Origin: Myxococcota bacterium
Lineage (GTDB): Bacteria > Myxococcota > JACRCW01
Assembly (NCBI GenBank): GCA_040752415.1
Contig: JBFMGU010000087.1
Coordinates: 1-38,494, forward strand
Reading direction: 5' to 3'
DNA: 38,494 bases
Numbering within the stretch: the stretch's first letter is position 1; the number at the start of each line of letters is the position of its first letter. The position numbers and the translations under genes are program-made. This document shows, piece after piece, positions 1 to 8,346 of this stretch. Below the pieces are notes generated by a model. The model ran no database searches and was not told where the DNA came from. It saw only the letters and a program-made list of their open reading frames with translations.

Positions 1-164
1 CGAACAGGCCTGGGGCTCAATGACGTCGGGCGAGGCGCTTGGACCCTTGACGGTTGTCCAAACCGCTCGACGCTGACCAGGGCGGCGAGGGCCCGCCGCA
101 CTCCAGGTCGTGGTCCGCTGGACGCGGTCAGGACCAGATGGGCAATTTATCTTGACGCAGCCCC

Positions 165-1061
165 TCAGCCCACCTGCGCGGTACGCGTGATCTCGCCCAT
201 GCGTCCGCTCTCGTAGTCCTCCATGGCCTCCAGCAGCTCCCGCCGGGTGTTCATCACAAAGGGCCCGTAGCGCGCCACCGGCTCACGCAGCGGCACGCCG
301 CCCAGCAGGAGCAGTCGGCCCGCCTCCTCGCCGGCACGCAGCCGCACCGCGTTGCCCGCGCCCAGCACCGCGAGCTGACCGGTGGTGAGCGCGGTGTCCT
401 GGTCGCCCAGGCGGGCCTGGCCCTTGAAAACGTACACCAGGCCGTTGTGGTCGGCGGGGAAGGGCACCGTGACGTCGGCGCCGGGCTGCAGGGTCCACTC
501 CTGGAAGATGATGGGCGTGTTGGTGTCAATGACCGCGCGCGCACCCAACGCCTCTCCGGCCACCACACGCACCGTCGCCTTTCCGTCGTCACTGCGCCCC
601 TGCGGAATCTGGCTGCCCGGCACCTCCTGGTAGCGGGGCCGGGTCATCTTCAGGCGTGCGGGCAGGTTCACCCAGATCTGGAACCCGTGCATGAGCCCAC
701 CCTCACGCTGCATGCGCGCCGAAGGCATCTCCGAGTGCACGATGCCCGCGCCCGCCGTCATCCACTGGACGTCTCCGCCGCGGAGCAGGCCGTGATGTCC
801 CGCGGAGTCCTCGTGCTCCATCTCGCCCTCGAGGACGTAGGTGACGGTCTCGAATCCGCGGTGGGGATGGTCGGGCGCGCCCACGGCCTGGCCTGGCCCG
901 TAAGAGACCGGTCCCATCTCGTCGACGAGGAGGAAGGGATCCAGCAGCTCCAGCCCCGCCGTGGGCAGCGGCCGACGCACCACGAAGCCGGCGCCCTCCC
1001 TCTGGTGATGCGCGGTGACAACACGGGTTGCCTCCCGCGTGGTGTGGCTCCGGGATTCCAT
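165..1061 (-). CDS. Pirin family bicupin protein
   Basis: DPFLLVDEMGP, the metal-binding HPHRGFETVTY motif, GDVQWMTAGAGIVHSE, FQIWVNLP and C-terminal EPVARYGPFVMNT. Confidence 0.95.
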   Translation of the reverse strand: MESRSHTTREATRVVTAHHQREGAGFVVRRPLPTAGLELLDPFLLVDEMGPVSYGPGQAVGAPDHPHRGFETVTYVLEGEMEHEDSAGHHGLLRGGDVQWMTAGAGIVHSEMPSARMQREGGLMHGFQIWVNLPARLKMTRPRYQEVPGSQIPQGRSDDGKATVRVVAGEALGARAVIDTNTPIIFQEWTLQPGADVTVPFPADHNGLVYVFKGQARLGDQDTALTTGQLAVLGAGNAVRLRAGEEAGRLLLLGGVPLREPVARYGPFVMNTRRELLEAMEDYESGRMGEITRTAQVG

Positions 1062-1101
1062 GACCTGCCTTCCTTTCTCCGGCTGCTAGCCTGGTGACAG
1101 T

Positions 1102-1180
1102 CACTTTCTTCTGGAAAGCATGTTAGCCACCCGCTCTCGGGAGTCAAGCAGCTTTCCTCCGGGAAGTGGTCTGCTAGAAT
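1102..1180. promoter_or_regulatory. Divergent pirin/HxlR promoter region with candidate operator pair
   Basis: Two imperfect palindromes, CACTTTCTTCTGGAAAGC (1102-1119) and GCTTTCCTCCGGGAAGTG (1151-1168), are inverted relative to each other. Minus strand has TTGACT (1147-1142)-N16-TAACAT (1125-1120). Plus strand has an extended -10, TGCTAGAAT (1172-1180). Confidence 0.55.
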
Positions 1181-1189
1181 GGTGACGCC

Positions 1190-1546
1190 ATGGCCAAGCA
1201 GGCGGATCCCATCTGTGAAGCGTTCGAGGTCGCCATCGACGTCCTGGGACGACCGTGGACGGGGCTGATCCTGGGGCTGCTGCAGAACGGCCCGCTGCGG
1301 TTCAATGAGCTGCGCGAGGGTGGGCGCGGCGTGGGCGACAAGGTGCTCTCGGCCCGGCTCAAGGAGTTGGAGGCGCGCGGCCTGGTCATCCGCGAGGTGG
1401 ACGCCGGCCCGCCGGTGAAGGTGCTCTATTCGCTCACGCCCAAAGGGCAGGCGTTCGGCCGGGTGAAGGACGCGATTGAGCGCTGGGGCCGGGAGCTGAT
1501 GGCGGAGGAGAAACCGCGCGCGCGCAAGGGTCGCCAGTCCGACTGA
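1190..1546 (+). CDS. HxlR-family winged-helix transcriptional regulator
   Basis: N-terminal Cys (PICEAFEVAIDVLGRPWTGLIL), GPLRFNEL, LSARLKELE, PPVKVLYSLTPKG; divergent from pirin. Confidence 0.92.
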   Translation: MAKQADPICEAFEVAIDVLGRPWTGLILGLLQNGPLRFNELREGGRGVGDKVLSARLKELEARGLVIREVDAGPPVKVLYSLTPKGQAFGRVKDAIERWGRELMAEEKPRARKGRQSD

Positions 1547-1577
1547 CCCCGTGGGCGTGCGGGCAGCCCGCACCAGC

Positions 1578-2339
1578 TCAGCGCGTGGGGAGCTGGTAGA
1601 TGGCGTCCATCACATCCACCCCCACCTCGAGCCCTTCCGCCCAGTCCAGGAACCTCCCCACCAGCTCCTTGCCGCGGAAGAAGGCACCGTGCTGTGGCGC
1701 CACAATCTCCACGTCCAGGCCGCGCACCATCTGAGCCCACGCGCGCAGCGTGCGACCGCTGGCCATGTAGCGTCGATGGAAGGGCTCCATGCGGGGGCGA
1801 TGCGCCTCGAAGTCGGTGACCTCCGGGTAGTCCGCCCCCACCGAGGTGCCCAGGTCTCCCGTATAGAGTATTTTAGATATGGGGTCGTAGACCTGGAAAT
1901 TGCCGGGGGAGTGGAGGAAGTGCGCGGGGAGGATGAGCAGCTTGCAGCCGGCCAGGTCCAGCACGCGGCCCTCGTCGGGGATGCCCTTGAGCCGGTTCAT
2001 CACCAGGCGGTCCAGGCCGAAGTGCGGGATGAAGCGCAGCCACAGGTTGGACGCGTAGGCGGTGGCCTCCGTGGTCATGAGCCAGCCGTTGATGGCCGCC
2101 ACGATGTCCGGGTCCTGGTGGGAGAGGAAGATGTGCTCCAGGCGCGCCTTGCCCAGCTGCTTCATCGTCTCCGCCAGCACCTTGGCGTAGACCTTGTGGC
2201 CCCCGGGATCCAGCACCATGCCGGACCCCTCGTGGACAATGACGTGCTGGTTGGCCTCCACGGCGACGCTGCCGGCGCTGGAATCCTCCAGGAGCACGTT
2301 CTTGTGGTTGTCGGCATGGAACAGGACAGTGGATGCCAT
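1578..2339 (-). CDS. MBL-fold di-iron protein, ODP (oxygen-binding di-iron protein)/FprA N-domain-like, with no flavodoxin domain
   Basis: NQHVI..LDPGG, SHQDPD, PAHFLHSPGNF, LYTGDLG, FHRRYM, IVAPQHG; 253 aa stand-alone. Confidence 0.85.
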   Translation of the reverse strand: MASTVLFHADNHKNVLLEDSSAGSVAVEANQHVIVHEGSGMVLDPGGHKVYAKVLAETMKQLGKARLEHIFLSHQDPDIVAAINGWLMTTEATAYASNLWLRFIPHFGLDRLVMNRLKGIPDEGRVLDLAGCKLLILPAHFLHSPGNFQVYDPISKILYTGDLGTSVGADYPEVTDFEAHRPRMEPFHRRYMASGRTLRAWAQMVRGLDVEIVAPQHGAFFRGKELVGRFLDWAEGLEVGVDVMDAIYQLPTR

Positions 2340-2352
2340 GGATGAGGCTCAC

Positions 2353-2724
2353 TTAGTCTTGGAGGATGCGGGTGATGTCCTGGACGGCCTTGCCCATCTC
2401 CAGGAAGACCAGGCCCAGCTTGGCGTCGTGGGTGGCCAGCGCCAACAGCATGGTCCCCTGGGTGGCGCCCACCATGACCACGTAGCCATGTCTGCCGCGG
2501 ATCAGCACCTGCTCCAGGGCGCCGCGCTGCAGCTCCACGGTGGCGCGGGTCCCCAGTGAGAGGAGCGTGGAGCTCATCCCGGCGATGCGCATCTCATCCA
2601 GGTGCTGCGGCAGGGCGCTGGCGATCATCAGGCCGTCCTCGGAGATGAGCGCGCTGGCCTCAATCTCCGGAGCACCGGACCGCAACGAACGCAGGACCTT
2701 GTTGAGCTCATCCGTACGAGCCAT
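2353..2724 (-). CDS. Roadblock/LC7 (MglB-like) domain protein
   Basis: IEASALISEDGLMIASALP, RIAGMSSTLLSLG, LEQVLIRG, AKLGLVFLEM; GGAGGA RBS. Confidence 0.92.
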   Translation of the reverse strand: MARTDELNKVLRSLRSGAPEIEASALISEDGLMIASALPQHLDEMRIAGMSSTLLSLGTRATVELQRGALEQVLIRGRHGYVVMVGATQGTMLLALATHDAKLGLVFLEMGKAVQDITRILQD

Positions 2725-2784
2725 CCATTCCTCCGGGAGCGGGATTCACCGGTGGCGCTCCAGGCGCGCCAACCCCGCGGGCCG

Positions 2785-2800
2785 TGCAACGCTCGCGCCA
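2785..2800 (-). promoter_or_regulatory. Candidate sigma54 (-24/-12) promoter for roadblock-ODP
   Basis: Minus strand reads TGGCGCG-AGCG-TTGCA (consensus TGGCACG-N4-TTGCW), about 60 bp upstream of the ATG at 2724. Confidence 0.6.
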
Positions 2801-3087
2801 CGAGGACCGCAACCTTGCGCGTACCATGGCGCCGGGAGCGCGCAGATGGTGCGCACCGTCGTCATGGTCGAGCAGATCGCCGGGGCGCCCCCCGCCTCGT
2901 CCGTGCGGCGCGTGGCCCAACCGGAGCGCCGTCTCGCGCAAACCGCGCGCCACCGGCCAGGTCCGCGCAAGATGTGCACGCAGGGTTTTCCGCGCGGGCC
3001 GAGGCGCAAACGGGTCCGCGCGAGACCGGGGGACGCCGCCGCCGCCGCGACGTACAGGTTGGCTTAGACCGTAACTCTAACCTGACT

Positions 3088-3990
3088 CTAACGGGCTTGG
3101 GACAGGAACGGCTTGAGGCTGTCCAGGCGGACGATGGTGCTCTCCGTCAACGAGGGCTGCAGCTCCATGGCCAGCGCGAGGTAGTGGCGCACCGCGTGGG
3201 GGTCACCGGCGTGGGCCGCGGTCTGCGCCAGCTCCACGTAGCGACGTCCCGCCGCGGTCTGCACCTCCCTGGCCCACGAGGCCACGCTGGAGATGTCGGT
3301 GGCGTGCCCGGCAAGCATGCGGTCATACGCGGCGCGCGTGTCCGGGCGGGAGAGGGCCTGGAACGCCGCGTTGATGCGCTTGCTGATGATGGTGACCTGC
3401 TCCTGCAGCACGGCGTCGTCGGTGCCGCAGAAGCGGTCCGGGTGGAAGTCCATCATGCGCTGTTGGTAGAAGCGCACGATCTCCGGCAGCGCGGCGGCGG
3501 GACCCACGCCGAGCAGCGCGTAGTGGTTGAGCCGGGGCAGGTGCCGGAACAGCGAGTCCACCTGGCTCTTCACCGCCCAGAGCGGGTCCTGCGGCGCGGG
3601 AGTTGTCGTCGGGGCGGCGGGTGCGGGCGCCCCTTCCTGCGCCAGGGACTGCAACGCTTCCCGCAGGTGCTCCCGCGTGCACGGGTAGCCCAGGATGAGC
3701 TGGCGCGGGACCAGGTTGAGCGTCTCCCGCTGGGAGGTCCGACGGGACAGCAGCAGCAACGCCGGCGCGGAGCCACGTCGGGCACTGGCGGATTGGAAGA
3801 ATGCCGCGCCCAGGCCACTGGCCATCTGCGCGGTCATCAGCAGGATCTCCTGGGGCGCCTGACCCAGCAACGCCAACGCCGCCGGCGCGTTGTCGACGAG
3901 CGAGATCGCGTACAGGTCCGTGGGCATGATGGCCAGGAGCAGTGACCGACCGAAATGGTCATCACTGACTGCAATCACCCGCGCGCTCAT
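3088..3990 (-). CDS. J-domain protein with N-terminal degenerate receiver-like domain and C-terminal TPR-like helices
   Basis: NHYALLGV...FHPDRF...INAAFQALSRPDTRAAYD (HPD motif). The N-terminus has a receiver-like alpha/beta pattern without the canonical Asp/Lys. ATGA overlap with the Hsp70 gene. Confidence 0.8.
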   Translation of the reverse strand: MSARVIAVSDDHFGRSLLLAIMPTDLYAISLVDNAPAALALLGQAPQEILLMTAQMASGLGAAFFQSASARRGSAPALLLLSRRTSQRETLNLVPRQLILGYPCTREHLREALQSLAQEGAPAPAAPTTTPAPQDPLWAVKSQVDSLFRHLPRLNHYALLGVGPAAALPEIVRFYQQRMMDFHPDRFCGTDDAVLQEQVTIISKRINAAFQALSRPDTRAAYDRMLAGHATDISSVASWAREVQTAAGRRYVELAQTAAHAGDPHAVRHYLALAMELQPSLTESTIVRLDSLKPFLSQAR

Positions 3991-5540
3991 GCGGGAAGTC
4001 CGGTGATCGCGTTGTGCGCGGCCAGGCGGAGGCGTGCGGAGCAGACCTTCCCGCTCCCCACGTGGCGCGCCGAGAGGTGGATGCGCCCGCCCACGTCGAT
4101 CTCGAAGGTCACCTCCACCGCCACCTCGCCTTCCGCCGACGGGGGCAGGTCCACCAGGCGCAGCTCACCGATGTACGTGTTCTCGCGCGCGTCCGTGGAT
4201 TCTCCCTGGTAGACCCGCAGCGTCAGCTCGGTCTGTCCGTCCATGGAGGTGAAGAAGGTGCGAACCTGCTCCACCGGGATGGGCGTGTTGCGCGCGATCA
4301 CGGGCAGGAACCCATGCTGCGGAGTCTCTATTCCCAGCGAATGCGGCGTGACATCCAGCAGCAGCGTGGGCAACGTGGCGGCGGTGCCGGTGCGCCAGTG
4401 CCCGCCCTGCAGGATCATGCCCTGGATGGCCGCGCCCGCCGCCACCGCGGCCAGCGGATCCATCCGCGTGTCGGGCGCCTGTCCGAAGTAGCGCTGCACC
4501 GCGTTGCGCACCGCGGGCATCAGCGTGGTGCCGCCCACCAGCACCACCGCGTCCAGCGACGACGGTGGCACCGACGCCATGTCCAGCACGTCCTGGCACA
4601 CGTGGAGGGAACGCGCCACGTGCTCGGCGGCGGCCTCCTCCAGCATGGGACGCGTGATCACGAGGTCCAGGGCAATGGGACCGTGGGGTCCGCTGGCCAT
4701 CTCCGGCAGGTGCAACGGCGCCACCTCCGCCACGGACAGGGTGCGTTTGAGCTCTTCACACGCCATCACCAGCCGCTGCCACGAGACCACGTGGTGCTGC
4801 AGCTCGATGTCGTGCGTGCGCCAGAAATGCCGCGCCACCGCCCGCGCCAGCGCCAGGTCGACGTCGTCGCCGCCGAGGAACGGGTCCCCCGCGGTGGCCA
4901 GCACGCGCAGCAGGGGGCCTTCCGCCTCCAGGATGGTGAAGTCGAACGTGCCGCCGCCAAAGTCGTAGACGGCAATGCGGCCCTTCAGGTTGGCGCCGTA
5001 GCCAAAGGCCATGGCGGCGGCGGTGGGCTCGTTGAGGATGCGCCGCGCGTTGAGGCGCGCCAGGCGACAGGCCACGTCGGTGGCCTCGCGTTGCACGTCG
5101 TCAAAGTTGGCGGGCACGGTGATGCACACGTCGCGCACCTCATGGCCCAGCCGCGCCTCCGCCAGGCCCTTGAGATGGCGCAACACGTCGGCGGCCACCT
5201 GCGGAATGGCCAGCTGCGTGCCCGCCACCTTGACCACCGCCTGGCCCGCGGGCCCCTCCACCACGCGGAAGGGATGCGCCGCGCACGCCACGCGCACCTC
5301 GGGCGTGCCCATGCGCCGGCCCATGAGGCGCTTGAAGGAGTAGACGGTGTTCTCCGGGTCGGTGACGAGGAAGGGACGGGCGGCCCTTCCCACCAGCGGC
5401 GGCTGTCCCGCGCGGTAGGCCACCACGGTGGGAAGGGCGGCCTGCCCCTCGTCATCCGCCAGGATCCCGACGCGCTCCGAGGAGCAGGTGGCGACGGAAG
5501 AGTAGGAGGTGCCGAGGTCAATGCCGACGACGCTTGCCAT
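3987..5540 (-). CDS. Hsp70/DnaK-like paralog, truncated after the beta substrate-binding subdomain
   Basis: GIDLGTSYS, VPANFDDVQREAT, ILNEPTAAA, YDFGGGTFD, LVGGTT, linker LLLDVTPHSLG; start placed at MASVVGIDLG (5540). Confidence 0.93.
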   Translation of the reverse strand: MASVVGIDLGTSYSSVATCSSERVGILADDEGQAALPTVVAYRAGQPPLVGRAARPFLVTDPENTVYSFKRLMGRRMGTPEVRVACAAHPFRVVEGPAGQAVVKVAGTQLAIPQVAADVLRHLKGLAEARLGHEVRDVCITVPANFDDVQREATDVACRLARLNARRILNEPTAAAMAFGYGANLKGRIAVYDFGGGTFDFTILEAEGPLLRVLATAGDPFLGGDDVDLALARAVARHFWRTHDIELQHHVVSWQRLVMACEELKRTLSVAEVAPLHLPEMASGPHGPIALDLVITRPMLEEAAAEHVARSLHVCQDVLDMASVPPSSLDAVVLVGGTTLMPAVRNAVQRYFGQAPDTRMDPLAAVAAGAAIQGMILQGGHWRTGTAATLPTLLLDVTPHSLGIETPQHGFLPVIARNTPIPVEQVRTFFTSMDGQTELTLRVYQGESTDARENTYIGELRLVDLPPSAEGEVAVEVTFEIDVGGRIHLSARHVGSGKVCSARLRLAAHNAITGLPA

Positions 5541-5663
5541 GAGTGGCCTTGTCACCGGGGGGGAAGGAGTCCCCCGCGCACGCTCGAGGCTGAAGCAGCA
5601 ACATGCACGCGTCAAGCGCAAGCTGGGCGCGCTCCGCGTCACAACGTTGGTTCTTAGACCCGC

Positions 5664-6227
5664 TTAGTGCAGCATTCCCCGTCGTCGCAGGTCGCGACCC
5701 ACCGTCCGGGCAATGCCCTGCGCGGCGTCCTCCAGCGACCGGGGGTCCACGCTGCGCGTGAGCCCGGCCCACACCAGTTTGTCGTCCGGCAGCGAGAACA
5801 CGGTGGTTTCCACCGACACGTGCTCCTCCATGTCGAACGGCGCCGTGGGATGGATGTAGGCGCCCAGGAAGTCGCTGATGCCCGTCCAGGTGGGCGCGTG
5901 CTGCGGCACCGACTCCACCGCCACCACGCGCATCACCACCACGCCGTCAAAGCCCTCCTGCACCAGGCGCGCGTGCAGCGCCGCGGGGTTGGCCAGCTCC
6001 GCGTCGGAGAAGAGCTGGTGTGCCGCCACCGCGTGCTCCACCGGGAGCGTCCGCGCCAGCCGCTCCTCGGCGGTGCGCTCGGTGGCCGCGTCCCCGGTCC
6101 GGGCCACCACCAGCACCTTGTCCAGGTCCACGGCCCGGGCGGCGGGGTCGCTCCACACCGAGACGAGCTGCGTGGTCTGGCACGCCAGCAACGTGGGGAA
6201 GGCCAGCAACAACGCCGCGCGCACCAT
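5664..6227 (-). CDS. Putative lipoprotein (DUF4136-like alpha/beta fold possible)
   Basis: Signal peptide with lipobox LLAC; GFDGVVVMRVV and ETTVFSL..KLVWAG motifs; start placed at MVRAALL. Confidence 0.7.
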   Translation of the reverse strand: MVRAALLLAFPTLLACQTTQLVSVWSDPAARAVDLDKVLVVARTGDAATERTAEERLARTLPVEHAVAAHQLFSDAELANPAALHARLVQEGFDGVVVMRVVAVESVPQHAPTWTGISDFLGAYIHPTAPFDMEEHVSVETTVFSLPDDKLVWAGLTRSVDPRSLEDAAQGIARTVGRDLRRRGMLH

Positions 6228-6283
6228 GGGCCGCTCCTTCCCACGGGAACTATCGACGTGGCGACGGAGGAGCAATGCCTGCG

Positions 6284-7054
6284 TCAGCGCGGACAGCCCG
6301 CGGCCACGCACTCGCCGTGCACCGCGGTGATGAACGCGAGCATGCGCGCGTGGTGGGAGCCCGGCCAGTAGATGCGCTGGCAACCGGGGCACTGCTGGAA
6401 CTCGTGCTGTCGGGCGCGCACGCGGGGCGGGAGGTGGTGCTGCACGGTTTCCCGGGTGACGTGGTGGAGCGGCGTGTTGCAGGCCAGGCAGCGCTGCAGC
6501 GGATGCAGCCGGGACCACAGGGAATAGCGCTCCGTCACCTCGCGCAGCTGCTCCCGGGGTTGCCCGGAGCGCACCAGGTGCCCGTGGGTGACGACGGAGC
6601 GCTTGAGCAGGCCGCGGTCACGCGTGAGCAGGATGCGTTGCTCGTGCGCGGAGGTGGCGGCCAGATCTCCGTCGGTGGCGTGGTTGGAGTAGACGGTGTC
6701 AAAGCCCAGCATGCGCAGGTAGCGCGCCAGGGTTCCCAGGTGCGTGTCCAGCACGAAACGCGGCTCGGGCTCCAGGGGCGGGACCAGCTGCGGGAACGGT
6801 GCGAGGTCCAGCGCGCGGAAAGGCGGGTACACGCTGATGCGCTCCCCGGGTTGCGCCAGGTGACGGAAGTCCGCGGGCACCCCGTCCACGACGATGAACC
6901 CCACCTCCGTGTGCGGCACCCCCAGCGACTCGATCACATCCTTCACCGACGCGGCGCCGGTGCACGCATGGGCAAACGCCACGCCACGACGCGCCGGCGG
7001 GAGCAGGTCACCGAGCTGCGCGTAGAAACGGAACACGACGTGGGAAGCGTGCAT
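6284..7054 (-). CDS. Mut7-C RNase (PIN-like) with N-terminal ubiquitin-like Ub-Mut7C domain
   Basis: FRFYAQLGDLLP..SVKDVIESLGVPHTEV..ERISVYP; RFVLDTHLGTLARYLRMLGFDT, RILLTRDRGL; Zn ribbon RCLACN..CPGCQRIYWPGSH. Confidence 0.93.
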   Translation of the reverse strand: MHASHVVFRFYAQLGDLLPPARRGVAFAHACTGAASVKDVIESLGVPHTEVGFIVVDGVPADFRHLAQPGERISVYPPFRALDLAPFPQLVPPLEPEPRFVLDTHLGTLARYLRMLGFDTVYSNHATDGDLAATSAHEQRILLTRDRGLLKRSVVTHGHLVRSGQPREQLREVTERYSLWSRLHPLQRCLACNTPLHHVTRETVQHHLPPRVRARQHEFQQCPGCQRIYWPGSHHARMLAFITAVHGECVAAGCPR

Positions 7055-7160
7055 GGTCCAGGCCTGACCACCGACTTAGCGCAGCGACGGATGCCGTTCA
7101 GGCGTCACGACGGAGGCGCGGGCCTTGACGGGACATCCCCCGGTGCGGGACACCACCCGC

Positions 7161-7970
7161 ATGGCGACGGGGACGCTGGCGCTGCTCACCTGGATGACGA
7201 CGGTTGCGGCCGCGCCGGACGTCTCGGTGCTGATCCTGCCCATTGAGCCCAAGGGTGAGGTGGCGCGGGACCACGCGGACATCCTGACCGTGGCCCTGAC
7301 GTCGGAGGCGGGGCGCCTGCCCGGCTACAAGGTGACCAGCTACCGCGAGGTGCAGAACACCATGACCCAGGAGCAGGCGCGCATGGTGGCGGGATGCGAC
7401 CAGGCCAGCTGCGCGGCGGAGATTGCCGGGGCGCTCAACGCCGACGAGATCGTGATGGGAACGCTGGGACGGTTGGAGCGCAGCCTGGTCCTCTCCGTGA
7501 CGCGCGTGCGCGCCCGGGATGCCACCGTGGTGGCACGGGTGCAGCGCACCACCGAGGCCGGCGCCGACGCGCTGCTCAAGGGCATGCCCGCCGTCGTGAC
7601 CGAGCTCTTCGCCGTCCCGGTGACGTCGCCACCCGCGGCACCAACCGAACCGGTGGCGGACGCCAGCGGCTCCGGCGAGGGAAGTCCGGTGCTGTTTCGC
7701 GCATTGGGCGCGGCGTGCCTGGCCTCCAACCTGCTGAACCTTCCGGCGCTGATCCTGGGGCCCACGTTGGTGGTGCTGGGCACGTACATGGCGTTCGGCC
7801 TGAGCGGGGACTTCTGGTTCCAGGACCTGGGCTACGCCGTGGTCCCAGCTGCCCTGGCGGTCATGCCCCTCTCGCTGCTGGTGGCGCTGGTGTGGCTGGT
7901 GGCGTCCGTGGCCCTGGCGGCCGGGCTGGCGCTGCGCGAGGTGATGGGTGGCGCGTCGTCGGAGGAGTGA
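7161..7970 (+). CDS. Exported/membrane protein with TolB-N/CsgG-like periplasmic domain and C-terminal hydrophobic helices
   Basis: Signal-like N-terminus; GCDQASCAAEIAGALNADEIVMGTLGRL motif typical of myxobacterial proteins; hydrophobic C-terminus; start uncertain (7125 or 7161). Confidence 0.65.
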   Translation: MATGTLALLTWMTTVAAAPDVSVLILPIEPKGEVARDHADILTVALTSEAGRLPGYKVTSYREVQNTMTQEQARMVAGCDQASCAAEIAGALNADEIVMGTLGRLERSLVLSVTRVRARDATVVARVQRTTEAGADALLKGMPAVVTELFAVPVTSPPAAPTEPVADASGSGEGSPVLFRALGAACLASNLLNLPALILGPTLVVLGTYMAFGLSGDFWFQDLGYAVVPAALAVMPLSLLVALVWLVASVALAAGLALREVMGGASSEE

Positions 7971-7974
7971 GCGC

Positions 7975-8304
7975 ATGCGCTGGGCGTTCCTGGTGGTGAT
8001 GGCAGGCGTGCTGGGCTGTGACAGCCATGCGCTGGTGGTGGAGCAGGAAGCCATGCAATGCCCGGCCACCCCGCGCCGCCTGACGGGTACCAAGGCGGGC
8101 GGTGAGGCATGCCTGCGCGCGTCCGAGTGTGCGCCACGCTGCTGCGCGTGCGCGGAGGGGCCGGAACGTTTCCTGGCCTCGGTGTGCGAGCGTGGGTTCT
8201 GCAGCTCCAATCCCTGCCCGCTGGCCAGCAACCTGGCCCCCGACGACGGCGAGCGCACCTGCAGCGCCCCGGACGCCGGTTCCGCCTCCGACGCCGGCCG
8301 GTGA
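7975..8304 (+). CDS. Small Cys-rich lipoprotein
   Basis: MRWAFLVVMAGVLGC lipobox; many Cys; GGAGGAG RBS; PDAG tail. Confidence 0.65.
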   Translation: MRWAFLVVMAGVLGCDSHALVVEQEAMQCPATPRRLTGTKAGGEACLRASECAPRCCACAEGPERFLASVCERGFCSSNPCPLASNLAPDDGERTCSAPDAGSASDAGR

Positions 8305-8346
8305 GCAGCGGCGCCCCGGAGGCGTCGACGCTAGCGTGGGCCCGCC

